DNA of 26,770 nucleotides, taken from positions 1 through 26,770 of the forward strand of contig JBDZWC010000029.1 in the NCBI GenBank assembly GCA_040256005.1. Reading direction: 5' to 3'. The stretch is from Deinococcaceae bacterium (lineage in GTDB: Bacteria; Deinococcota; Deinococci; Deinococcales; Trueperaceae). The notes beneath the pieces were generated by a model. That model had not been told where the DNA came from and made no database searches. It saw nothing but the letters and a program-made list of their open reading frames with translations. Each line of letters begins with the position of its first letter. Within the stretch, counting starts at the first letter, position 1. This document shows, in pieces, positions 15,459 to 22,927 of the stretch. A program made the position numbers and the translations under genes.

Positions 15459-17306
15459 TCACACCGGGACGGCTGCGTAGACGGTCGTGCCGCCGCCCGG
15501 CGCAGACTCCACGCGCAGGCGCCCACCGCGGGCCTCCACCCGCTCGCGCATCTGCCGCAGTCCCAGCCCGCCGGCGCTGGTGACGCGGTCGCCTACGTCT
15601 ACTAGGTCGAAGCCCAACCCGTCGTCTCTCACGCTCACGTAAGCCATGCCGCCGGCCTCGGTGCCCAGCCTCACCTCGACGTTCTGCGCCCGGGCGTGCT
15701 TGGCGACGTTGTGCATGCTCTCCTGGAAGATCCTGAAGAGGACGGCTTCAGACTTCAGGGACAGGGGCGGCAGCGCCTCGAACGCCACCTCCACCTTCAC
15801 GTCGTTCTGCTGCCCGAAGTCGAGAGCGTAACGGCGCACCGTCTCGGCGAAGCCGAACCGCTCCAGGTCCACGGGCCTCAGAGCGAAGATCGAGCGCCTG
15901 ACCTCCTTTATCGACTCCCTGACCGTCTCAGTGGCCAGCGTCAGCTCCGACGCCGCCTTGGCCGGGTCCTTGGTCATCAGCCGCTCGACGAGGTCTAGTT
16001 TCAGGGCCGAGAACGCCAGCATCTGGGCCACGCCGTCGTGGATCTCGCGGGCGATCCGGGCGCGCTCCTCGGAGATGGCCAGCTCCTCGGACTGCATGTA
16101 GGCGCTGGCGTTGCGGATCGCCAACGACACCTGGCCGGCGACCAGGCCCACGAACGGCAGCATGGTGGCCTCGAAGTGCTCCTCGTCGGGGTGAGCCAGC
16201 ACGAGCACGCCGAGCAGCTCCTCGCCCGCCACGAGCGGGGCGGCGAGCGCGCTGCCGGCGCCCTGCAGCAGCGGCCCGAACACCTCCTCGGACGAGGCAT
16301 CGACGCGTCCCAGGATCCGTGGTTCGCGCCTGGAGGCCACCTCGCCGACGAACCCCTCCCCCACCCGCCAGGCCCGCGCGGCGCTGTCCAACTGCCGTCC
16401 CACGGTGGAGCTCAACCGCAGCAGGCCCTCGCCGTCCGCGAGGAAGATGCCGCCCACGGGTGCCGAGACGAACGAGAGCATCTGCGTGAGCACGCTGTGC
16501 AACAACCGGTCCAGGTTGCCCTCGGCCCGGATGGACCTGTCCACCTCGACGAGCGTCATGACGTCACGGGTGCGGAGCCGCGTGGCCTCCGCGGCGGCGG
16601 ACAGCTGAGAGCTCACGATCGCGAACGACTCCAGCGCCCTGGCGTCTGGTGGCGCCGGCAGGTAGGCGGTCACCGAGCCCTCCGGCGAGCCGCCCCAGAC
16701 CACCGGCGCGGTGAGCGCGGTCATGCCGCCAGCCCCAGGCAACTCCTCTACCTTCACGTCGGTCTCCCCGCTCCTGGCCCGCCCACGGGCCGCGCTGTCG
16801 CGCGCCAGCGTGTCTGCGCGTTGCCGCTCGTCCAGCGCGATCCCGTACGTGACGCCCAGGCCCTCGGGACCGACGACGATGCCCACCGCAGTGGCGCCGG
16901 AGACGTCGGAGATGCCGTCGGCGGCGGCACGCAGCGTGGCCTCGAGGGTGGGCGCAGCCGCGAACCGCGCCGTCACCGCCTGGATGCGACCGAGGAGCTC
17001 GTGACTCGCCTGCAGCTCGCGGTACAGCTTGGCCAGCTCCGCCTCCGAGCGCTCCTTGTCCCGCACCTCACCGGCGATCCAGTTGAGCGTCACGTAGGTG
17101 GCGATGGGCCCGAGGATCGCGTAGAAGAGCAGTTGGGCCCAGAACTGCCCGCTCTGCGGCAACAGGGGGACGATGAGCAGCTGGTGGACCACGACCACGC
17201 CGACGATGGCCAAAGGCAGCCACAGCCGTGCCAGCCGCACCTGCTGCAACAGCTCGCCGTTGGCGGGCCAGCGTGGCGCGGCGCCGGGTCCGTTGGGTCG
17301 GATCAT
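15459..17306 (-). CDS. Membrane sensor histidine kinase (HisKA_3/NarX-LiaS class) with GAF domain(s)
   Basis: Two N-terminal TM helices, GAF-like regions (GEGFVGEVA..., LAAPL...LLGVLVL), H-box ERARIAREIHDGVAQ, N-box FQESMHNVAKHA, DDGLGF, GLGLRQMRER; leaderless TAGAAT-N6-ATG. Confidence 0.93.
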   Translation of the reverse strand: MIRPNGPGAAPRWPANGELLQQVRLARLWLPLAIVGVVVVHQLLIVPLLPQSGQFWAQLLFYAILGPIATYVTLNWIAGEVRDKERSEAELAKLYRELQASHELLGRIQAVTARFAAAPTLEATLRAAADGISDVSGATAVGIVVGPEGLGVTYGIALDERQRADTLARDSAARGRARSGETDVKVEELPGAGGMTALTAPVVWGGSPEGSVTAYLPAPPDARALESFAIVSSQLSAAAEATRLRTRDVMTLVEVDRSIRAEGNLDRLLHSVLTQMLSFVSAPVGGIFLADGEGLLRLSSTVGRQLDSAARAWRVGEGFVGEVASRREPRILGRVDASSEEVFGPLLQGAGSALAAPLVAGEELLGVLVLAHPDEEHFEATMLPFVGLVAGQVSLAIRNASAYMQSEELAISEERARIAREIHDGVAQMLAFSALKLDLVERLMTKDPAKAASELTLATETVRESIKEVRRSIFALRPVDLERFGFAETVRRYALDFGQQNDVKVEVAFEALPPLSLKSEAVLFRIFQESMHNVAKHARAQNVEVRLGTEAGGMAYVSVRDDGLGFDLVDVGDRVTSAGGLGLRQMRERVEARGGRLRVESAPGGGTTVYAAVPV

Positions 17307-17336
17307 GCGGCGATTCTATGCAGGTACACTCCCGGC
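17307..17336. promoter_or_regulatory. 30-bp back-to-back pair of leaderless -10 promoters
   Basis: Minus TAGAAT (17313-17318) is 6 nt from the kinase ATG; plus TACACT (17325-17330) is 6 nt from the TraB ATG. Confidence 0.7.
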
Positions 17337-18587
17337 ATGACCGACGCTTCCGTCGCGCTCCCAGACTCGACGCCCGGCCAGCCCGTCGAGGTCGTCGAGG
17401 TGGGCGGCGCGCGCGTGACACTCCTGGGCACGGCCCACGTCTCCAAGGCCTCCGCGCAGGCTGTGGAGCGCATGATCGAGACCGGCGACTACGACGCCGT
17501 GGCGATCGAGCTCGACGCTGGGCGCCTCGCGGCCATCACAGACAAGGCCGCCCACTCCAAGACCGACCTGCTGCAGGTGCTGCGCGAGGGCAAGGCCGGT
17601 GTCCTGGCGGTGAACCTGGCTCTGGGCGCGTTCCAGCAGCGCCTGGCCGACCAGTTCGGCATCGAGCCGGGGGCCGAGATGCGCGCCGCCGTGAGGGGCG
17701 CCAAAGAACGGGGCGTGCCGCTGCTGCTCATCGATCGCGACATCGGCGTGACCCTCAGGCGGCTCTACGGCGGGGTGGGCTGGTGGCGCCGGCTAACGCT
17801 CGTCGCCGGCATCATCGCCTCGGCGTTCAGCAGCGATGAGGTGGGCGAGGACGAGATCGAGAAGCTCAAGGAGGGCGACGTCCTGGAGGCCACGTTCGCG
17901 GAGTTCGCCGAGAGCAGGGCCGACCTGTACGGCCCGCTCATCGCCGAACGCGACGAGTACATGGCCAACAAGCTGCTCCTCGCCGTCCAGGGCGCCAACG
18001 GCCCGCGACACCAAGAGGTGCTGGCGGTCGTGGGCGCAGGACACCTCAAGGGCATAAAGACCGCGCTCGAGGCGGCGGCGGAACGCGATCCTGACCGGGC
18101 CGCGCTCCGATCACGCCTCACGGAGCTGCAGACCACGCCGCCGCCGAGCCGCCTCACGAAGCTGATCCCATGGGCGATCCTGGTGCTCGTGCTGGCTGGG
18201 TTCGCCGTCGGCTTCCTGCGCAGCCCCGAGCAGGGCTTCCAGCTGCTGGCGGACTGGACCCTGATAACGGCCGGGCTGGCGGGCGTGGGCACCTTGTTGG
18301 CGTTGGCTCATCCGCTGACGATCGCGGCCACGGCCATCGCCGCCCCGTTCACGACGCTCAACCCGCTGCTGGGCGCGGGGTTCGTGGCCGCCGGCGTGGA
18401 GCTGTGGCTGCGCAAACCGAACGTGGGCGACTTCGAGAGGCTGCGCAAGGACGTCACGACGCTGCGCGGCTGGTGGACGAACCGGGCCGCGCGCGTGCTG
18501 CTGGTGTTCGTCCTGGCCACGCTGGGCGCCTCGGCTGGCACGTTCCTGGCGAGCGCCAGGATCTTCGGGCGCCTCGTGGGCTCCTGA
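17337..18587 (+). CDS. TraB/GumN (PrgY-like) family protein with C-terminal TM helices
   Basis: LLGTAHVSKAS, VAIELDAGR, GIEPGAEMRAA, IDRDIGVTLRR, LIAERDEYMA, AVVGAGHLKGI, AAPFTTLNP; real start ATG 17337. Confidence 0.9.
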   Translation: MTDASVALPDSTPGQPVEVVEVGGARVTLLGTAHVSKASAQAVERMIETGDYDAVAIELDAGRLAAITDKAAHSKTDLLQVLREGKAGVLAVNLALGAFQQRLADQFGIEPGAEMRAAVRGAKERGVPLLLIDRDIGVTLRRLYGGVGWWRRLTLVAGIIASAFSSDEVGEDEIEKLKEGDVLEATFAEFAESRADLYGPLIAERDEYMANKLLLAVQGANGPRHQEVLAVVGAGHLKGIKTALEAAAERDPDRAALRSRLTELQTTPPPSRLTKLIPWAILVLVLAGFAVGFLRSPEQGFQLLADWTLITAGLAGVGTLLALAHPLTIAATAIAAPFTTLNPLLGAGFVAAGVELWLRKPNVGDFERLRKDVTTLRGWWTNRAARVLLVFVLATLGASAGTFLASARIFGRLVGS

Positions 18588-18609
18588 GGCCGCGCCGCCC
18601 CGCCGGTTA

Positions 18610-21015
18610 CTAGGGCGCGGCCGGAGCCGCGGGGGCGCCGTCTAGCGCCCACTGCGCGTAGGCGTCGACGAAGGCGAACCGGGCGGCCTGCGAATCGCTG
18701 GCCAGGATGTAGTCGAGGAAGTCCGAGACGTCCTCTGCCGTGGAGTCCCTGAACAGCTCGCCCCCGGTCATGCCCGCGAAGCGACCTCCCTCGATGGCCG
18801 GCAGCGCCTCCTCGGCCGCGTCGGCCGAAGAGTCGAGTTCGGCGAGTAGCAGGTCTACCAGATCGACCGATCTATCGAGATCCGTCGCCGTGTAGAGGGG
18901 CTGGCCGGACCGCAGGCCGGTCATCACCAGGCCCCGGCCCACCAACTGCCGCAGCGGGTCCGGGCCACCGGTCACCTCGAAGGTCGCGGCGCCCGTAGCC
19001 TGCTGCTCCTCCCCGCCCGTCGCGGTCACCGCCACGGTGTACGTGCCCGGCTCCAGGTCGGCCGGCAGGGCGAGGCGTACCAGGTCGACCACGAAGCCAA
19101 CGGCCCCGTCGGGCACCTGCACGGTCTCGTCGACGGTTTGGATGGGCTCTCCGTCGCTGCCCTCGCGCCGCAGTTCGGCCGTGACGTCCACCCTGGTGGG
19201 CAGCGAGTCGCCCTGTGTGCTCAGCTCGAACGTCGGGTGAACGGGGTCGCCCGGGTGGTACGGGCCCGACTCTGGACCGCGCTGGCCCAAGGTGAGCCGC
19301 ACGTCGCCGACCACCTCCATGGGTGGCAAGGGCTTCTCGAGCTCGACTAGGCGCGCCTGCGCCTCGGTCACGAACTCGGCCAGGGGGTCACCGGCGCGCC
19401 TCACGAACCGCCGGTAAGCGTCCCTGGCGTCCTGTCGCCGGCCGTCGGCTTCCAGCAAACGAGCCAGCGCGAAGTCGACCTCGACGGCCTGCGGGTACAG
19501 CGAGCGGGCGTTCTGAAGGTCCTCGACGGCCTCGTCGTTCACCTCGGGGTCGAAGCGCAAGGCCTGCTCGTAGGCGGACAGCGCCTCGTCCAGGCGGCCG
19601 GTGACGGTACGCACGAGACCGAGGTTGTAGGCCGCCACGGTCTGCATGCCGGCCAGGGAGAGCGCCCGCACGGACGCCTCCTCCGAGCGCTCCAGATCGC
19701 CGAGCAGGTACCAGGACCAGCCCAGGTTCGTCCAGTAGAGGTCTGACTCGGGCTCGAGCTCCACCGCCACGGCCAGGACCTGAGCGGCCGCCCTGGCGTC
19801 GTCGCGGTCGAAGTAGATGTAGGACAGCGCCTCGAGCGGGTAAGGAAGGAACGGTGAGGCCCGATGCAGGGCCAACAGAGCCTTCTCCTGCCTGTCGTCC
19901 CCACCGGAGACGTCGAAGGCGACGGCAGCCGCCAGCAGGGCTGCGCTGCTGGTGTCGTCTGCCTCCAGCAAAGCGTCAAGCACGGCAGGGTCCTGCTCTG
20001 CGCCGCGGGAGCCCCTGAACGAGTACGCCGCGACGGCGCCGTAGTCGTACTCCGAGGCTCGTTCGTAGGCCTCGTCGGCACCGGCGCGGTCGTTGACGCT
20101 GGCCGCCAGAGCGGCCTCCCAGGCAGCCGCGGAGGTCAAGCCGGTGGCCTCGTACATGGCGCCGAAAGCGGCACGGCTCGTCCCAACGTCCGAAGTGGTC
20201 GTCTGCACCGAGAGGTAAGCGCGCCTAGCCGCCGAGGTGGCGTCCTCTGCCGGTGCGGCCTCACCCTCCGACACGGCCCTCAGGTCGTCGAGGAACTCTT
20301 GCGCCCTCGTCGGCACGCCCTCCTCGCCGGCGGCCGACTCCAACGCGGCCAAAGCATCGGCCTGCAGCCCGGCGCTGGCCAGCGCGACGGCCCTGGCGTA
20401 GGAGCCGTAGGGTGTATCGAAGCCCCCGGTGAGCGTGGGAGCGTCTACCGGCCTGGCGTAGTGCGGGGCGCCCTCCGGATCGATCTCGTCCAGGTAGGCG
20501 CCGACGAACGCTCCGGCCAGGAGCGCCAGCTGCAACGGCCTGTCGGGCGCCGCCGTGAGCTCACGGGTGCGCATGCCGTCCCGAGTGGCCAAGGACACGA
20601 ACAGGCTCAGCCTGTCGTCACGCTGCTCCACGTAGCCGGTGACGGCGACGTCCACGTCAGAAGCGCCGCGCAGCAGGTCTGCGCCGGCGGGCCGGTACAT
20701 GACGCCCGGCTGCAGGATCCGACCCGGGTTGATGAACCCGCCCTCCACGACGAGGGGCGGGACCGAAGCAGAGGCCACCTCGGGGCCGATGACGACCGCG
20801 CGGTCGTCGAGCGAGTCGGCGGTCTCCGCCGCCAACGCCGCGCCCAGGATCACGTCCTGGCTCTCGAACTGGTGCACCAGGACCGTGGGGCTGGCCAGAG
20901 CTGCCCCGGCCAGGGCGAGGAGGAGCGCTAGTAGGAGCTTCAGCCCGTAGCCGACGCCCTGCGGGGCCCGCTGCGGGCGATGTGGGTCTGCGTTATCGGT
21001 ACCGCCTGAGAGCAT
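18610..21015 (-). CDS. Exported tetratricopeptide-repeat protein of unknown function
   Basis: Signal-peptide-like KLLLALLLALAGAALA, tandem TPRs (YWTNLGWSWYLLGDLERS, AAYNLGLVRTVTGRLDEALSAYEQALRFDP), beta-rich segment (LPADLEPGTYTVAVTA); GGAGG RBS and TGcTAGCCT -10 upstream. Confidence 0.82.
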   Translation of the reverse strand: MLSGGTDNADPHRPQRAPQGVGYGLKLLLALLLALAGAALASPTVLVHQFESQDVILGAALAAETADSLDDRAVVIGPEVASASVPPLVVEGGFINPGRILQPGVMYRPAGADLLRGASDVDVAVTGYVEQRDDRLSLFVSLATRDGMRTRELTAAPDRPLQLALLAGAFVGAYLDEIDPEGAPHYARPVDAPTLTGGFDTPYGSYARAVALASAGLQADALAALESAAGEEGVPTRAQEFLDDLRAVSEGEAAPAEDATSAARRAYLSVQTTTSDVGTSRAAFGAMYEATGLTSAAAWEAALAASVNDRAGADEAYERASEYDYGAVAAYSFRGSRGAEQDPAVLDALLEADDTSSAALLAAAVAFDVSGGDDRQEKALLALHRASPFLPYPLEALSYIYFDRDDARAAAQVLAVAVELEPESDLYWTNLGWSWYLLGDLERSEEASVRALSLAGMQTVAAYNLGLVRTVTGRLDEALSAYEQALRFDPEVNDEAVEDLQNARSLYPQAVEVDFALARLLEADGRRQDARDAYRRFVRRAGDPLAEFVTEAQARLVELEKPLPPMEVVGDVRLTLGQRGPESGPYHPGDPVHPTFELSTQGDSLPTRVDVTAELRREGSDGEPIQTVDETVQVPDGAVGFVVDLVRLALPADLEPGTYTVAVTATGGEEQQATGAATFEVTGGPDPLRQLVGRGLVMTGLRSGQPLYTATDLDRSVDLVDLLLAELDSSADAAEEALPAIEGGRFAGMTGGELFRDSTAEDVSDFLDYILASDSQAARFAFVDAYAQWALDGAPAAPAAP

Positions 21016-21089
21016 GCTGCCTCCAGATTGCCAGAGGCTAGCACGGTGGTCTGGCGGCTCTGGAAGCGGGGAGGCGACGCCCTTACAGG

Positions 21090-21548
21090 TCAGTCCAGCA
21101 GACGCTCGAACTCCTCGAGGAGGGCCGCCGCTTGGCCGGCGGAGCGCGCCACCACGAGGATCGTGTCCTGACCAGCGAGGGTCCCCACGATGTCGTCGCG
21201 CTCCAGCTTGTCGATCACGTAGGCGACGCCGGAGGCGTGCCCTTCGTCGGTCTTCACCGCGATGATGTTCTCTCCCCTGTCCAGGTCGCGGACGAAGAGC
21301 CGGAAGCGCTGCTTGAGCTCCCCCTCGATGTCCTCCTGGCCGGTGAGCGGCGTGGCGCGGTAGCGGTGCTGGCCCTTGCCGGCGGGCACCCGCACGAGCC
21401 TGAGTTCTGTGACGTCGCGGCTGACGGTGGCCTGCGTGACGCGTATGCCCCTCTCGGCCAACTTCTCGGCGATCTGCGCCTGGGTCGAGAGGAACTCGTT
21501 CTCGACGAGCTCCGAGATGAGCCTCTGCCTGTACTCCTTGCTAGGCAT
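21090..21548 (-). CDS. argR: Arginine repressor
   Basis: TQAQIAEKL..GIRVTQATVSRDVTEL, KTDEGHA, IVGTLAGQDTILVV; start ATG 21548 (MPSKEYRQ). Confidence 0.95.
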   Translation of the reverse strand: MPSKEYRQRLISELVENEFLSTQAQIAEKLAERGIRVTQATVSRDVTELRLVRVPAGKGQHRYRATPLTGQEDIEGELKQRFRLFVRDLDRGENIIAVKTDEGHASGVAYVIDKLERDDIVGTLAGQDTILVVARSAGQAAALLEEFERLLD

Positions 21549-21562
21549 GTTTATGCAGTATA
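21544..21562 (-). promoter_or_regulatory. ARG box overlapping the argR -10 box and start codon
   Basis: Minus strand TATAC-TGCATAAACATGCC: -10 TATACT plus an imperfect palindrome matching TGcAT-N4-ATgCa. Confidence 0.65.
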
Positions 21563-21637
21563 CCGGCAACAATAGTAGCGCGTGCCGGGTCTTGGAGCCT
21601 CCGGCACGCGCTCGCCATCACTGTCTGTGGCGGTTAC

Positions 21638-21949
21638 TCAGTCGTCGTCGTCGTCACCGAATATCGCGCTGAACGAGGATGGGGTGGGCTCCACCCGAAC
21701 GGGCTCGACGGTGCGTCGCACCTCGTCGAGAGTGGGCAGGTCGTCGTCCTCGTTCCACTTGATCTCGTCGGAGAGGATGAGCTCCTTCATCGCCAGCGAG
21801 ACGGTGTTCTCGTTCTTGGGTACGTCATCGACGTCGAGGACCGTGGGAACCCCGAACTTGAGCTGGGCGGCACGCCGCGCGACCACGATCGACAACCGGT
21901 AGCGGGAGTCGGTGAGGGCCAGCAGCTTGTCGTAACCTTCTTGAGCCAC
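21638..21949 (-). CDS. rpoZ: RNA polymerase omega subunit
   Basis: DKLLALTDSRYRLSIVVARRAAQL, NTVSLAMKEL; GGAGG RBS; downstream of gmk. Confidence 0.93.
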   Translation of the reverse strand: MAQEGYDKLLALTDSRYRLSIVVARRAAQLKFGVPTVLDVDDVPKNENTVSLAMKELILSDEIKWNEDDDLPTLDEVRRTVEPVRVEPTPSSFSAIFGDDDDD

Positions 21950-21973
21950 GTAGGGCCTCCTTGCAACCTTGCG

Positions 21974-21982
21974 ATGTTAGCA
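21974..21982 (-). promoter_or_regulatory. Internal extended -10 promoter (TGcTAACAT) for rpoZ
   Basis: TGnTANNNT match 24 nt upstream of the rpoZ GTG. Confidence 0.5.
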
Positions 21983-22031
21983 CGGCGCCACGCGCCCACC
22001 GTGCGCCGGGCTTGCTCAACGCCGTGCTACC

Positions 22032-22739
22032 TCAGCCAGCCAGGGTCCGCGCGATATCTTCGTCGCTCACGCGGTGCGCGCGGGCACGTTCCGCCCTTAT
22101 CACGCTCACGAAGTCGGAGGCGGCCGTGTACAGGTCGTCGTTGACGACGACGTAGTCGAACTCGCGCATCGCCCTGATCTCCTCGCGCGCTCGGGCCAGA
22201 CGCTTCTGGATCTTCTCCTCGGAGTCCGTGCCGCGCCCGCGCAGGCGACGTTCCAGCTCGCTCATCGTGGGCGGGGCGATGAACACCATCACGGCCTCCG
22301 GCACGCGGTTCTTGACCTGCCTGGCGCCCACCAGCTCGAGCTCGAGGAGCACGTCCAGCCCCGTGGCGAGGGCGTCCTCGACCGGCGCGATGGGCGTGCC
22401 GTAGAAGTCACCCACGTACTCGGCGTGCTCGAGGAAGCCGTCCGCCGCCAGCAGCTCGTCGAACCGCTCGCGGGTCAGGAAGCTGTAGTTCTGGCCGTCC
22501 ACCTCGCCGGGGCGCTGGGTGCGGGTCGTCGCCGACACCGAGTAGTACACGCCGCTCAACTGAGGGAGGGCTACACGTCTGATGGAGTCCTTGCCGACGC
22601 CGGACGCCCCGGTCATCACGAACAGGATGCCGCGCTTGAGGATCCCCGCCTGAGCAGCCGCCCTTCGGTCCATGCCGCGTCGGCGCTCGGCGCCTTCCAC
22701 GGCGGCCCGCTGATTCCCTTCGGTGTCCTCTGGCGTCAC
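22032..22739 (-). CDS. gmk: Guanylate kinase (start uncertain: GTG 22739 or ATG 22673)
   Basis: TGASGVGKDS, SVSATTRTQRPGEVDGQNYSF, FLEHAEYVGDFYGT, FIAPP, LRGRGTDSEE, FDYVVVNDD. Confidence 0.95.
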   Translation of the reverse strand: MTPEDTEGNQRAAVEGAERRRGMDRRAAAQAGILKRGILFVMTGASGVGKDSIRRVALPQLSGVYYSVSATTRTQRPGEVDGQNYSFLTRERFDELLAADGFLEHAEYVGDFYGTPIAPVEDALATGLDVLLELELVGARQVKNRVPEAVMVFIAPPTMSELERRLRGRGTDSEEKIQKRLARAREEIRAMREFDYVVVNDDLYTAASDFVSVIRAERARAHRVSDEDIARTLAG

Positions 22740-22816
22740 GTCGTGGTCTTCAGTTCCTCCGCTTGGCGCTGCCCCCGGTGAACGGGCTCTGGTGCGTAGC
22801 GCCCGCAGGTAGGGCG

Positions 22817-22825
22817 ACTGTACCA
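22817..22825 (-). promoter_or_regulatory. Extended -10 promoter (TGgTACAGT) for gmk-rpoZ
   Basis: TGnTANNNT match in the gmk/pyrG divergent region. Confidence 0.5.
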
Positions 22826-22893
22826 CGGTGCCTTTCGGGGGCCGGGAGCCGGTCGGGGTGCGGTGGGGCCGCGCCGTTCGCTCACCGGGCGGG

Positions 22894-22902
22894 TGCTACG
22901 AT
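22894..22902 (+). promoter_or_regulatory. Extended -10 promoter (TGcTACGAT) for pyrG
   Basis: TGnTANNNT match 25 nt upstream of ATG 22928. Confidence 0.6.
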
Positions 22903-22927
22903 TCAGTCCCGGGAAGGTGGTCTCTCC

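Noticed and set aside
16038..17336. Apparent 849-aa TraB fusion with a long N-terminal extension
   Set aside because: The extension is the antisense shadow of the kinase; TraB motifs begin after ATG 17337, which has its own -10 box.
18588..18622. GGCCGCGCC/GGCGCGGCC inverted repeat between convergent traB and TPR genes as a terminator
   Set aside because: Large loop, overlaps coding sequence and lacks a U-tract; plausible by chance at this GC content.
22740..22812. ZMP/ZTP or purine riboswitch upstream of gmk
   Set aside because: Only a vague ACCGGGG resemblance; the conserved core motifs are absent.
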